Shown here in pieces: positions 28,101 through 38,523 of a DNA stretch of 64,000 bases. The notes beneath the pieces are model-generated. The model worked only from the letters and a program-made list of their open reading frames with translations, was not told the DNA's origin and searched no databases. The DNA is from Candidatus Hydrogenedentota bacterium (GTDB taxonomy: Bacteria; Hydrogenedentota; Hydrogenedentia; Hydrogenedentales; SLHB01): contig CAXXTH010000023.1 in assembly GCA_963668025.2 (NCBI GenBank), positions 224,001 through 288,000 of the forward strand, given 5' to 3'. Positions within the stretch are counted from its first letter, which is position 1, and each line of letters starts with the position of its first letter. The position numbers were made by a program, and so were the translations under genes.

Positions 28101-29992
28101 ACCTATGCGGCGCATTCAGCCGGGCGCAAGGCTTTTTGCTCTTCTTCATGGCGCTCGTGTTGCCATGGGAGTTGTTTCAGCGTTTGCCTATTGTAGGTGG
28201 CACCGCCGCCAAACTCGCGGGCGCATTGCTCCTCCTCATGGGCCTGTTGCGCCTGCTGTTGTGCAAGCCCCGCGCATTACCGCGCACCCGGCTCGAAGGC
28301 CCCATCCTGCTCTTAGTTGCCGCATGCTTGCTCGCCACGGCCCACAGCATCGACCGCGCGGCATCGCTGGCGCTGTTGCAGGTATACGGCGCATATCTGC
28401 TCTTCTTCTATGCCGCCGCCAAGGCCGTGGGCAGCCCTATCGACGCACGCCGGTATGGCGCGGCGTTCATCGCATCGTCGGCTGCCGTGGCGGTGCTCAC
28501 CCTCGCATGCCGCGCCGGTTGGCTGTATCCCACCTGGTGGCAGCCGCTCACGATCCCCTGGACAGGCCGCCTCATTGATGTGGCGCGGGCAGGCGGATTG
28601 ATGCGTATGGCAGGCGCGAGCGCCGACCTCAATCAAGGCGTGCTCCCGCTGCTATTGGCCTTCGCGCTATCTGTTTTCCTCTTCGACTACCGAGCCTTGC
28701 GGCGTCCCGCACGCGTGGGGCTTCACGCCGCCCAAGCGCTCTTGGTGCTGGGCATGGCTATCGCCCAATCGCGCAGCTCGTTGTTGTGCGCGGCCATCGT
28801 GGTGCTGATCCCCGCCACGCGTGGTTTGCGCCAGTACATAGGAACGCGGCGCTTCATGGCGCTATTTGCGCTCGGAATCGCTGCGGGCGCTATTATCGCC
28901 CTTTTCGGCCTGCACCGAATCGTGGTGCGCGACGACTTATCCGTGCACTCCCGGATGATGGCCTACCGGGCGGGCATCGCCTTGCTGCCGCGGTATGCCC
29001 TGCTGGGCGCGGGCTTCAACGCCTCGGACGCCGCCATCGCACAGACGCCCTACGATGCGGAAACGGAAGGCCAAACCATTCACAACGTACCGTTGAAATT
29101 TCTGCTCGAAACGGGCGTCCTGGGTTTTACGGCGTATCTGTGGTTGTGGTTCACGATTGTTGCCGCGCCGATACGCTGCTTGCGGGCGAGCGGCGATCCC
29201 GCCTTGCAGCGCCTGGCGCGGGCCTTTCTCGCCGCATCGGGCTGCCTCTTCGCCGTCACGCTCGTGCAGCCCTTCATGGCCACGCCCGTATATCCCTTCC
29301 TGCTCGCCGTGGCCATGGGACCGTTGTCCATGCGGCGGGAAGCGGAGCCGGAATGGCGTATGCCCCGCGCCGTCCTGTATGCCGCCGCAGTGCTGGCGGG
29401 CCTGTTGGTGGCGTGCAACGTATATCGTTATCAGAAGGATTGCCGGTTGGTGGCGCGGTTCAGCGATGCGCTCGCGCCCGTGCCTCAGGCCGAACGGGAT
29501 GGCCGCTGGGCTGATGCCCAAGCTGGATATGAGGCTGCTTTGGCGTTCGCCGCGCCGGAGCTTGGCCCGCACCTGGGCGATGGGCCGTTCTACGATGCGC
29601 AAGCCCGCTTGTTTGATCTGCCGCGCATCTACGACGCCATGCATCTGGGCGCGCTCGATGTGGACCCCGAGGCGGCGTGCCGGCTGGGCGTCGGGCGCGT
29701 GTTGTTTTCTCTAGGCAATGCCAGCGGCGCGATGCCCTATTTCGACGCAGCTATCGCACGCGAGCCGGAATGGGCAGGTGCGCATTATGTCCGCGCCGAG
29801 GCTTTATGGCATATGGAGCGCTACACGGATGCGTTGCACGCATACGCCGAAGCAGCCCGCCTCGAACCGCTTCCCCGCAACCGGCTGCATCGCCTGGCAA
29901 TGCAGCGCATCAAAGATCGGACGGATCAGGCGGATCGGTCCGATCTCTTGGAGCGCGCCTTTTGGTTACTCAAGCGCGGCGTCGCCGAATAG
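28097..29992 (+). CDS. O-antigen ligase/Wzy-like membrane protein with C-terminal TPR
   Basis: Many TM helices, QSRS, HNVPL..LLETG.LG motif. Confidence 0.8.
   Translation: MNLCGAFSRAQGFLLFFMALVLPWELFQRLPIVGGTAAKLAGALLLLMGLLRLLLCKPRALPRTRLEGPILLLVAACLLATAHSIDRAASLALLQVYGAYLLFFYAAAKAVGSPIDARRYGAAFIASSAAVAVLTLACRAGWLYPTWWQPLTIPWTGRLIDVARAGGLMRMAGASADLNQGVLPLLLAFALSVFLFDYRALRRPARVGLHAAQALLVLGMAIAQSRSSLLCAAIVVLIPATRGLRQYIGTRRFMALFALGIAAGAIIALFGLHRIVVRDDLSVHSRMMAYRAGIALLPRYALLGAGFNASDAAIAQTPYDAETEGQTIHNVPLKFLLETGVLGFTAYLWLWFTIVAAPIRCLRASGDPALQRLARAFLAASGCLFAVTLVQPFMATPVYPFLLAVAMGPLSMRREAEPEWRMPRAVLYAAAVLAGLLVACNVYRYQKDCRLVARFSDALAPVPQAERDGRWADAQAGYEAALAFAAPELGPHLGDGPFYDAQARLFDLPRIYDAMHLGALDVDPEAACRLGVGRVLFSLGNASGAMPYFDAAIAREPEWAGAHYVRAEALWHMERYTDALHAYAEAARLEPLPRNRLHRLAMQRIKDRTDQADRSDLLERAFWLLKRGVAE
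29911..29946. repeat. Four GATC units at 9-bp period
   Basis: caaagatcg gacggatca ggcggatcg gtccgatct, similar to 9892-9945. Confidence 0.6.
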
Positions 29993-32875
29993 CAACACCA
30001 TGCGGTATTGCGCCAGTTCATCATCCACGGCCAGTTCCGTTGGTGTGGCAGGCTTGAAGCGCGCCAGCGGTTCGGCTTGCCCCTCGCCATATACCAGCGC
30101 TTCCTGAATGGGACGCTCAAAGGTGAGCGTGGCCGGTTTCGTCACCACCACGCGCATGCGGCGCGTTTGTTGCAGTTCCCGGCCATCTTCCGACGCGCAT
30201 ACCACACGGCCCGCGCTGGTTTGCACCACCAGTTTACCTCCGGCGCGAATAGTACCCGCGCCTTCCGCTAATAGCAGGCCGTGTTCGCCCATCAAAGCCA
30301 TGCCGTAATCCATCAAGCCCATATCCACGCGCTGGCCGGGCAGTTCAAGGACCGCTTCAGGTGCAGCGCCCATCAGGATATATAACATGCCATTGGCCAC
30401 GCGCCGGACCAGCAGCCGGGCGGTTTCTGGCGTGAAGGCTATGCGCGGCAACTCGGGGTTTGTTTTCCATGCCGTATCGCCAGCGGCATAAACACGCAGG
30501 CCCTTATCGGCGCATTTTTCGAGAGCTAACCGGGACTGCTCTTGCAGAGGCCCTAAGCAGATAACAAACCGAGCGGTTTTGGGCAGCGTTTCAATTGCGG
30601 ATTCCCGCCATACGCCGAAGACAGCCCCTTGGGACCACAGGGCTTTCAACGTTTCCAGCGCGCTGGGTATGGCGTTCGTGTCAGCTTCGGGCGCTAGGGC
30701 ATAGGCCGTTTCCGGCTGAATACGCCGGGCGAAGTATTCGCCGAACTGGGCCATGCGCCATAGCGCCCGCGCTGCATCCGCCATGAACGGCGTGCCGTGG
30801 TAGATGGAGCCATACCCGAAACCACTCGGCCAAGGGCAAAGGCCCACGCTCTGTTCCGAGGTGTTTTGCTGGGCATATTCGACGATGGGAGCGAACCAGC
30901 GCGGATCCGGTTGGTCGAGCGACCGGCGCAACGGCATGGGCTCGAAGGCCTGTTCCTTCGCGAGTACGCTCACACCCCACTCGTAGGACATGGCGGCCGA
31001 TGCGCCGCCCGCCAGGCTATAGTGCATGGCGTCGTCATATGTCTGGGGATTGTTCCAGCCGAGATTGCCGAATTCTTCGAGCAAGAGGGGCCGTTTCGAG
31101 CAGGCCGCATCCCAATATTGCGTCGTGGCGGCGATGTCCTCCGCCGCGAAATAGCCGTGCCAGGGCATCAAGGGCGCGTTTTCATTCGCGAGATAGGTGT
31201 CGCCGCCATCACTCAACGAGAACATATAGCCGGGAAACACGAGTTGGCGGCCTCCCACCTCACGGATCGCTTTAGCCATTTCGTCCGCCCAGCGCCGGTA
31301 GAGGAGCGTGTCACGCCGGATGCCAGGTTCGTTCGGGATGCCATCCCATTGCTGTGCTTCCGGGTCCATTTGGGAGGCGTCGGGGGCCTTAACATATGTC
31401 TCATTGGCCAAGTTGAACATCACATTTCCCGCGTTCTTCCACCGCCGCGCCAAGGTTTGCACATAGGTGCGCTGGAGGTCCAGATTGCGCAAGGAAAAGC
31501 TGTAGACATTGAAATCGTGCGCATGATTAAACGTAAACTGCTGGAATGAGCCGTCCGGGCTCTCGAATCCTAGATGGCCCGCCCATTGGTGGAACACGCA
31601 CACATCCAGCATGATGCCATTTTCCGCCGCGAGATAGACCGCCGCGTCCATGGCGCGCAGGGCGGGCTCATCGAGATAGGGGTCCACCCAAATCCGTACG
31701 ATGCGGTTGCCCGCGCGGCGCATGGCGGCGAAATCCTGGGCCGCCCGCACCGAATCAAAATCGCGCCATGTCCGCTCGATCCACACACTCGATGGGTAGT
31801 AATGCGTGCCTACATAGAAAGCGTCCTGGCCGTCAAAGTTGAAATTCGTTCCCGCCAGCTTCATGGGATTCGGGGTGTCGATCACATTTCCGACTACGAT
31901 AAAACCAGTCTCACGGGAATCAATAAGCTGGGGCTTGCCCGATTGGGCAGTGACATCCTGCCAGATCTCCGCACGGACGTCATGAAGCCCTTCCTGGCCT
32001 GCTATGGGAAAATCGCACACCGCTTCGATGGAGCCGCCTCCATCCGCAACCCGGCGCATTGTTTGAATTGGAATCCATTGGGTGCCGCCAGGTGCGCGTT
32101 GGAGAACATGCACCTCGAACGCCGCCGATGCCGTGCGACGATTATGGACGCGCAGGCGTACGCTGGCGCGCTCGCCCGCATGAACCGTTGCATATTCGGC
32201 AGTAAACGGCCCGGCTTGCAGGCCCGATGTATGCCGATGTCCAATGCTCTGCAGCAGGCTTAGCCATGCCGCAGGCTCCATCGCTTCAGCAGGCGCATCA
32301 AAAAAGAAGCCATAGAATTGGCTGCCGCCGAAGCGCTTCCCCACGAGCGAAGGAGCGTAGTAACTCATTAAAACGCCCGGATATCCGGCGGGCTGTCCGA
32401 AACGGTCGTAGGCCGTGAGGATGGGCAGCAATTCCGCCCGCGCTTCTTCGTCGATATTGTGTTTCGGGAATTCCTGGGGCGGGCGTATATACGCGCCATA
32501 CGCGCGGGCCTTGGAGAATGTGTAAGTGTCGAGCGGAAGCGGCGTATCCCCGGCGGTTCTGATCTCATGCGGCGCTGCGCCGCATGAGAACGCGCCGAGC
32601 CATAGCTCGGACGGCAATTTATCGGGCGGGCCGATCCATACGCAATCGCCGCCCGCCGCCATATGCGCCACCAGCGCCTGCGGCTCGAAGGCGCTCGATG
32701 GAACAATCGCGTATTCCGCGTCGAGCTTGCCTTCCAGGCCATGGGCCAGCGCGTCATCGGCCACCAAGAATATGCGTTGTTCCGTTCCAAGCATCTCACT
32801 CGCTCCCGCCCACGCTGGGCATGCCGCCGCCACTCCGCAAAATAGGATCGTCAGTAAATGGGAGGTATGGACCAT
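29966..32875 (-). CDS. Secreted multidomain clan GH-A glycoside hydrolase (GH5-like)
   Basis: Signal peptide; DFAAMR.AG..IVRIW, NLANET (acid/base), LLLEEFG (nucleophile). Confidence 0.7.
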   Translation of the reverse strand: MVHTSHLLTILFCGVAAACPAWAGASEMLGTEQRIFLVADDALAHGLEGKLDAEYAIVPSSAFEPQALVAHMAAGGDCVWIGPPDKLPSELWLGAFSCGAAPHEIRTAGDTPLPLDTYTFSKARAYGAYIRPPQEFPKHNIDEEARAELLPILTAYDRFGQPAGYPGVLMSYYAPSLVGKRFGGSQFYGFFFDAPAEAMEPAAWLSLLQSIGHRHTSGLQAGPFTAEYATVHAGERASVRLRVHNRRTASAAFEVHVLQRAPGGTQWIPIQTMRRVADGGGSIEAVCDFPIAGQEGLHDVRAEIWQDVTAQSGKPQLIDSRETGFIVVGNVIDTPNPMKLAGTNFNFDGQDAFYVGTHYYPSSVWIERTWRDFDSVRAAQDFAAMRRAGNRIVRIWVDPYLDEPALRAMDAAVYLAAENGIMLDVCVFHQWAGHLGFESPDGSFQQFTFNHAHDFNVYSFSLRNLDLQRTYVQTLARRWKNAGNVMFNLANETYVKAPDASQMDPEAQQWDGIPNEPGIRRDTLLYRRWADEMAKAIREVGGRQLVFPGYMFSLSDGGDTYLANENAPLMPWHGYFAAEDIAATTQYWDAACSKRPLLLEEFGNLGWNNPQTYDDAMHYSLAGGASAAMSYEWGVSVLAKEQAFEPMPLRRSLDQPDPRWFAPIVEYAQQNTSEQSVGLCPWPSGFGYGSIYHGTPFMADAARALWRMAQFGEYFARRIQPETAYALAPEADTNAIPSALETLKALWSQGAVFGVWRESAIETLPKTARFVICLGPLQEQSRLALEKCADKGLRVYAAGDTAWKTNPELPRIAFTPETARLLVRRVANGMLYILMGAAPEAVLELPGQRVDMGLMDYGMALMGEHGLLLAEGAGTIRAGGKLVVQTSAGRVVCASEDGRELQQTRRMRVVVTKPATLTFERPIQEALVYGEGQAEPLARFKPATPTELAVDDELAQYRMVLLFGDAALE

Positions 32876-32945
32876 GGCGCACCTCTTGTTTCATGGTTGT
32901 GAAGGCGGCAAGCGCAATAACTTGCCGCCGTTGCCTACTTTTTTC

Positions 32946-34883
32946 TCAGTGGTTGGGCACTCCCGCCGTGCAGTTATCATTGCAAGGGGCGCGCCAATAG
33001 GCGGGAAGCTGTAATTTTGCGACTATTTCGGGGGTAAGCGCGTTCAACACAAACGTTCCGAAAATGGGATTCCCGCCAAGGTCGTCTTTGAACGCCTGGA
33101 AGGCTTTCAGAAATGCCTTTTCCGTACGGGCTTTGGACATATTCAGATAATGCCGCTGTCCCTTCACGTAGCCATCCAGCCAATCACGGCTGGCGTAGAG
33201 GTGCTGGCTGTCCTTGAGCTTTTCCCACACCTTTTCGGCGTGTGTAATGGCTTTGCCTCGTTCGCGATACGTTTTGGCTTGATCCATAGTCTCGAAGGCC
33301 TGTAGAAATTCCACGAAAAGCGGATAGGCTTCGCCTTTGGCCATGGTGGCGGCATAGGCTTTCAACAGTTCATCCGCCGAGCCGCCCGCATAGAGTTCAT
33401 GGGCTACGCCGTACTGAATGGGGAATGTAATGGGCGGGTAGTGGTCGTACAGCGTGCATTCTTCGAGCCCTGTTTCCCGCACATGGCCCATGCGCTGCGC
33501 GATGAGATGGAATTGGAACGGCATGAAAAGGTAAGCGGACTCGCCAGGATAACCCAGGAAACTGTATATGAATCCATTGCGCGCGAATTGGTTCGGGTCC
33601 ACGAGGCCATTGTACATGTTGGTGATCTCGGCCTCACAACTGTCCACGATCGGCACTTTCTTCGGGCCAAATTGGTCCGTCACGCGCTGCAAGAATTCCT
33701 TCACGAAGGCGTCCCGTTCTTCCGCCGTGAAGGGGATGCCCTTATCTTTATAATCCGGGAAGCACCAGGTGGGCCAGAGCACGGCTTGCATTTCTGCTCC
33801 CGGGCTGATGTTCTTGGCCAGGTCCGCGACCAGCATCAATTGGCTGAACAGCATCTCCGCCTGCCGGGGTTTGCACTCCTCGCAGAAACAGCCTGCGGGA
33901 TCATAGAACCACACGAGATATCCATCAACCGGCGCGAAGTATTCCATCTCGAATTGGGCGACGCGCTTGGCTGCTTCGCGGACTTCGGGTTTGTTCCAAC
34001 ACAATCCGCCATGCCCTGGTTTTTCACTGTACCAGCCCACACCTCGGAATTGCTCCGGATTCTCGCCGAGCAGCGTGGTGTCGAAGTAGGCCGGGGTCAG
34101 TTGGTGGTAAATCTCGAATCCCCGCCGCCTGGCGTAATCGAAGAAATAACGGATATTCGTGTGCATTCGCATGTTTGCTGCGTTGAGGGCCTCATTTGTG
34201 CCCGGATATAGGTAGAAGGGGTACGCCTGCCAGAACGATAAGCGAGAATAGCACGCCTCGATTAGTAAATCCGCTTGCTTTTCCAATGCCTCATGCGACA
34301 TACATTCCAGCGCAATCGCGGGATTGCGGCCAGAATCAAGATTCACATATAAGGTGCGATTGGCGACGGCGGGCGACTGATAGATTGGCGCATCGGGCGC
34401 ATCGAACCGCCATGCGCCATCCACGATGTCCAGACGCCGCAATAATTCGCCTAGGGCGTAACTCAATCCCAGCGTTGCGCGAGGCGTTTGCTCCGTACTT
34501 GCGCCTAGCGCCAGAATGGAAGGCGTTTCGCCGGATTCCACGGCGATGCAGTAGCTTTGCGCACGCGGATCCGCCGCCTCCGGCCAGGTGTGGCCGCCGG
34601 ACACTGCCGCGAAGCGTGCAGGCTCCGATGCCGCCGTGCCAATACGGATGCACGCCTGGCCCGTGGCGTCTTCGCTCCATACCTCCGGAAGCTCGCGGCC
34701 CGTAAATTCCTTCACGCGCATGTTGAATCGCTGCACGGCCAGGCGTTCGGCTTCGGTGGCGCTGCCCGCATGTACAATGCGCAATCCATCGAGCGGGACG
34801 ATTGCCGCCTGCGCTAGGCCGAAGGGAAGTAATGCAAGCGCTGCTAGAAATAGGATGGTGCGGATTCGCATCATGGATGGCAT
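32946..34883 (-). CDS. Secreted uncharacterised protein, WFYDPxGCxC family paralog 1
   Basis: Signal peptide; LGLSYALGELLRRLD and VWFYDPAGCFCEEC shared with 46489-48429. Confidence 0.75.
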   Translation of the reverse strand: MPSMMRIRTILFLAALALLPFGLAQAAIVPLDGLRIVHAGSATEAERLAVQRFNMRVKEFTGRELPEVWSEDATGQACIRIGTAASEPARFAAVSGGHTWPEAADPRAQSYCIAVESGETPSILALGASTEQTPRATLGLSYALGELLRRLDIVDGAWRFDAPDAPIYQSPAVANRTLYVNLDSGRNPAIALECMSHEALEKQADLLIEACYSRLSFWQAYPFYLYPGTNEALNAANMRMHTNIRYFFDYARRRGFEIYHQLTPAYFDTTLLGENPEQFRGVGWYSEKPGHGGLCWNKPEVREAAKRVAQFEMEYFAPVDGYLVWFYDPAGCFCEECKPRQAEMLFSQLMLVADLAKNISPGAEMQAVLWPTWCFPDYKDKGIPFTAEERDAFVKEFLQRVTDQFGPKKVPIVDSCEAEITNMYNGLVDPNQFARNGFIYSFLGYPGESAYLFMPFQFHLIAQRMGHVRETGLEECTLYDHYPPITFPIQYGVAHELYAGGSADELLKAYAATMAKGEAYPLFVEFLQAFETMDQAKTYRERGKAITHAEKVWEKLKDSQHLYASRDWLDGYVKGQRHYLNMSKARTEKAFLKAFQAFKDDLGGNPIFGTFVLNALTPEIVAKLQLPAYWRAPCNDNCTAGVPNH

Positions 34884-34927
34884 AGACACCTCTTTTCTAG
34901 GAATGCCCTGGTTGATTAGTCCGAATA

Positions 34928-34993
34928 ACTGTATCGACTCACGTCTTGTGTATCGACCAAATTTAGAGTATCATGAATCCGCCGTGCTGTCAA
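34928..34993 (-). promoter_or_regulatory. Sigma70 promoter with two downstream operator copies
   Basis: Minus strand TTGACA(34993-34988)-17-TACTCT; operator-like actgtatcgactcacg (34928-34943) and tgtgtatcgaccaaat (34947-34962). Confidence 0.65.
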
Positions 34994-35030
34994 TGGTGGA
35001 TGCTAAGCGATTTACAGGAGTCAAACGAGG

Positions 35031-36239
35031 ATGAACGCGAGAGTGGAATCGGTTCCGTTGAATTGGGAAGGCATTGATACGACTCCCGCCTGGCGGCGAA
35101 TTCGTAAATTGGTGTATCGGGAAGGCCTGCCCAATTTCGTGCCCGTCGAGATTGGCATTGGGCCGTGGTACGCCTGCAAGTTGCTCGGCGCGACCACTAT
35201 CGACCTGGTTCATGGCAATCCCACGCCTAAAGAGACGATGCTCGAAGCGTATCGCCGCTACGGTTATGATCCGTGGCTGTGGGCGACACCGTCAGTCTGG
35301 TATGAGAGCGCCTGGCAGGGCGATGGCGAGGAGCCCCAGGTGGAAACGGTTATCGAGGCCGATACGCCGGAAGAGCACCGCACGCGGTGCGTGTTGCGCA
35401 CACCGCTGGGCCCGCTCGAATGGCGTTGCCGGACCATCCTGGGCCAGCCAACGGTTCAGACAGAAATGCCTATAAAAGAGCCGGAGCGGGACTGGCCCCG
35501 GTATCGCTATTGGATGGGCGAGTCGCGGCGATATCCGGATCTGCTATCCGTGGATCTGGAAATGCTGGGGCGTGGCGCCAGTGGCCCAGGCGCTACGCTG
35601 CCTATCGCTTGGTGGCAATACATGCGGGAGGGCGACATGATGGCCGTCACGATGGACCTGATCGAACGGCCAGATTTTATGCGGGAGGTGTTCGCCTGGT
35701 ATACCGAACGCTGCCTGGAGGAGTTGCGCGCCATTCTCAACACCCGAAACCGGGTGCTGATGGACATGTTTTTCCTTCAAGGCTCCGGTTCGTCGCTGAG
35801 CCTCAGCTCGCTCGATTTCTTCGAGGCGTATGACCTGCCGTTTATTCAAGCCGTCACCCGCCTTACAAAAGAAGCGGGCGTGCCCTCGCATTTACATGTA
35901 TGCGGGCGGTCGTTCGAGATTGTCGAGCGGTGTTTCGAGCACACGGACCTGGATGTCATGGAGCCCCTCGAACCGCATCCGGGAGGTAATTGCGATTTGC
36001 GGGAGGTGAAGCGGCGTTTCGGGAAGAAGCTGATCTTGAAAGGCAATCTCAATACGTTCGGCCTGCTGGCGCGCGGCACGGTGGCGCAGGTCCGAGAAGC
36101 GGCGCGGCGCGCCCTCGACGACGCCATGGAAGGCGGCGGTTTCTGGCTTGCCACGGGGGACCAAACGCCCGGCGATGCGCCCGAGGAAAACCTGGTGGCT
36201 ATGATCGAGACCGCTCGGGAGTATGGCCGTTACGGATGA
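35031..36239 (+). CDS. Uroporphyrinogen decarboxylase (URO-D/MtaA-CmuA) family protein
   Basis: HLHVCG, DLREVK..FG..L.LKGNL, GGGF.LATGDQ.P...P.EN C-terminal signature. Confidence 0.8.
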   Translation: MNARVESVPLNWEGIDTTPAWRRIRKLVYREGLPNFVPVEIGIGPWYACKLLGATTIDLVHGNPTPKETMLEAYRRYGYDPWLWATPSVWYESAWQGDGEEPQVETVIEADTPEEHRTRCVLRTPLGPLEWRCRTILGQPTVQTEMPIKEPERDWPRYRYWMGESRRYPDLLSVDLEMLGRGASGPGATLPIAWWQYMREGDMMAVTMDLIERPDFMREVFAWYTERCLEELRAILNTRNRVLMDMFFLQGSGSSLSLSSLDFFEAYDLPFIQAVTRLTKEAGVPSHLHVCGRSFEIVERCFEHTDLDVMEPLEPHPGGNCDLREVKRRFGKKLILKGNLNTFGLLARGTVAQVREAARRALDDAMEGGGFWLATGDQTPGDAPEENLVAMIETAREYGRYG

Positions 36240-36240
36240 C

Positions 36241-36868
36241 CTACGCGTCCGGGAAGGTATAGACGAGTTTGCGCTCGATGCGATGCGTGCCGTCGGCGAT
36301 GGTGATCTCGATATCGCCCACATATTGGAATCCCATTTTCTGATACAGGTGGAAACCCGCGCCATTTTTGGGATTGGTGGTTAGTTCGATCCCCTTGCGC
36401 CCGGCGGCTTTGGCCGCGCCGATGAGCGTTTGCATGGAGAGATGCCCGAGTTTTTTGCCATGAAATTCGTCCGCGATGGCGATGCCCAGTTCCGGGATGT
36501 CATGGCCAAATTTCCATAGGAAGCTATGTCCGATGATGGCGTCTTCCCGCCAGATATGGGTACATGGCGCATTCATGGCGCTCGACCGCATCCAAAAGCG
36601 TCTTCCAGAGCGCTGTCGAGTTTGCCATCCATCGGATAAGGCGCGAAGAGAAACAGGCTGTCCTCGCTGAGGCCTTTGCAGGAACGCTTTTAGGGCAGCA
36701 TGGTCCGCCTTGGCCGCCGCGCGCACGGTGATGGGGGCCTGCGTTTTGCCAATCCGCCTCGATACACAAATTCCACGGCGTATCGCCGGAGATGCCCAGG
36801 ATGTCCGCGTTGTGTTTAATTGTAGGATCTCCACTCAACTGGGCCTGGATTGCCTGTACAAGGTCCAT
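36241..36868 (-). pseudogene. GNAT acetyltransferase, frameshifted
   Basis: C-terminal ELGIAIADEFHGKKLG..N.....LYQKMGF is in one frame; RBS-led N-terminus MDLVQAIQ is in another; several frame switches. Confidence 0.65.
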
Positions 36869-36889
36869 TTATTTGTCTCCCATACTTGC

Positions 36890-37987
36890 GGGTATTAATT
36901 CTTGTGGGGGAATGGGTAGTGGATTCCCGGACGACCAAGTTCGGGATAATCACGATTTCCCGGGCGATTCGCGCGCCGGCGGGATTCTCGATGCCCGCAA
37001 GGAGATATTCACCCGCCCGGCGGCCGATTTGGTTCTCATATTGTTCAACGGTCGTCAACGGCACATCCAAATACTGCGCCGCCGTCACATTGTCATATCC
37101 GATCAAGGAGACAATCTTCGGGGATGCGGGTAGCCGTTTGCACGCAGCATATGCATCACTTGCATGGCGATCATGTCGTTCGATGCAAAAACCGCCGTGA
37201 ACTTGCCCGTGGAGAAAAACCGCAGAAAATCCTTGCGGATTTTCATGTGCATGTCCGCCAAATAAACAGTGTTCGTCCGAAAACGGAATTCCGGCATGAT
37301 GCAGCGTATCCCGGAATCCCGAAATGCGCCGGGAGGTCACTTGTGGCGAATAGACGCAGGCGATCCGTTTATGCCCCAGGAACGCAAGATGAAGCCGCCG
37401 CGTCCGCACCGCCCTTATAATGATCGCAACTAATCACCGTCGCGCGGTTTGCAAGGCTTGGCCTGCAAAAATCGACCGCCACTACAGGCACATCGGGCAC
37501 GCATTCTTCCGGTATGTCCAGTGTGGTTTCAATACGAGATCATGAACACCCCGGCCACCCGGTTCTCGATTTTTATCCGTTCAAGGACTTCCTGCTCCCT
37601 GGGCGACTTTTCCGTCCCGTGCAGGTGAGTTCCGAGACGACCCCCTGCGTGCGAAGGCAGCGCTCGAGATTGCCAATGACCTCGACATTGAATGGATTTT
37701 CCATGTCGGGGACAATGACCGCTACGGTCTTGCGGTCCAATGCCAGAATGGCTTCATTGCTGCGGTTGGTGACCAAATGTGCCCCGGCCATGTTCGCGGC
37801 GCACGATGCCCTCTGTTTCAAGGGCCGCCAGCGCATGAACCGCCGTGACCTTGCTGACGCCATATTTATCAATGAGTTCCGAGATCGAATCCACCTTGGA
37901 ACCTGGCATCACCCGCCCTTCTTTGATATCCTGCAAAATGGCGTTTTTGATCTGTAAATATTTGGGAACCGCGTTTTTTCGTTCCAA
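36890..37987 (-). pseudogene. GntR-HTH + LacI sugar-binding (AraR-type) regulator, multiply frameshifted
   Basis: PKYLQIK..I...I..G / YGVSKVT..HAL..LE.EG...REHGRGTF, then VAVIVPDMENPF, HLAFLGHKRIA, TAVFASNDMIA and SLIGYDN..A..L.VPLTTVEQ scattered across frames. Confidence 0.75.
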
Positions 37988-38039
37988 CAGGTGTCTCCCT
38001 CACGCCCAAGTGTTTGGGCTGTGAGCCATGCTTTTTTTG

Positions 38040-38055
38040 ACTGTACCGATACTCT
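38040..38055. promoter_or_regulatory. Operator copy upstream of the regulator gene
   Basis: actgtaccgatactct, matches the palindromic consensus. Confidence 0.55.
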
Positions 38056-38255
38056 GTCTTGGAACGATAACACGTAGCCAGTTTTGATTTCAACGCGGTG
38101 CGGCATCCGAGATCGCCAGATAAGGTTATGGCATCATACTTTTCTCGAACAGTTTCTCCGCACATTCGAAAATGAACTACATTTTTCTCGCCGAGATTTT
38201 ATGATCGGTGCCCCCATGGTGAAAGAGGTTTCGTACGAAAATCCGCATAAAATCT

Positions 38256-38285
38256 GTAGGGTGGGGCTTGCCCCACCGTTCAAGG
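38256..38285 (+). repeat. REP-like GTAG palindrome, family A copy 2
   Basis: gtagggtggggcttgccccaccgttcaagg. Confidence 0.85.
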
Positions 38286-38523
38286 GAGGAGTCCATCAAA
38301 ATATCCAGCAAGGATTGCAAGACGTAACAAATAGATATACTTTGGTTTACACGGGAAATTTTCAAAAGAAAACGTCATTTTTGAAGGTAGTAATACAAGG
38401 CGCGTAGAACGTGTAAGCTTGCCAAAACCATACCCGTGTTGGGATATGCACTTTGCAAGCACTGCGTACTACGCGCCTCTTCACCACAAACACATCATGC
38501 CACTAAATGCGAGACAGCATGCT

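Noticed and set aside
35031-36239. Annotation as heme-pathway hemE
   Set aside because: Lacks the N-terminal RQAGR motif of HemE and has no tetrapyrrole gene context.
36752-36768. tcgatacac match to the operator half-site
   Set aside because: Lies within GNAT coding sequence with no promoter, and only half the palindrome matches.
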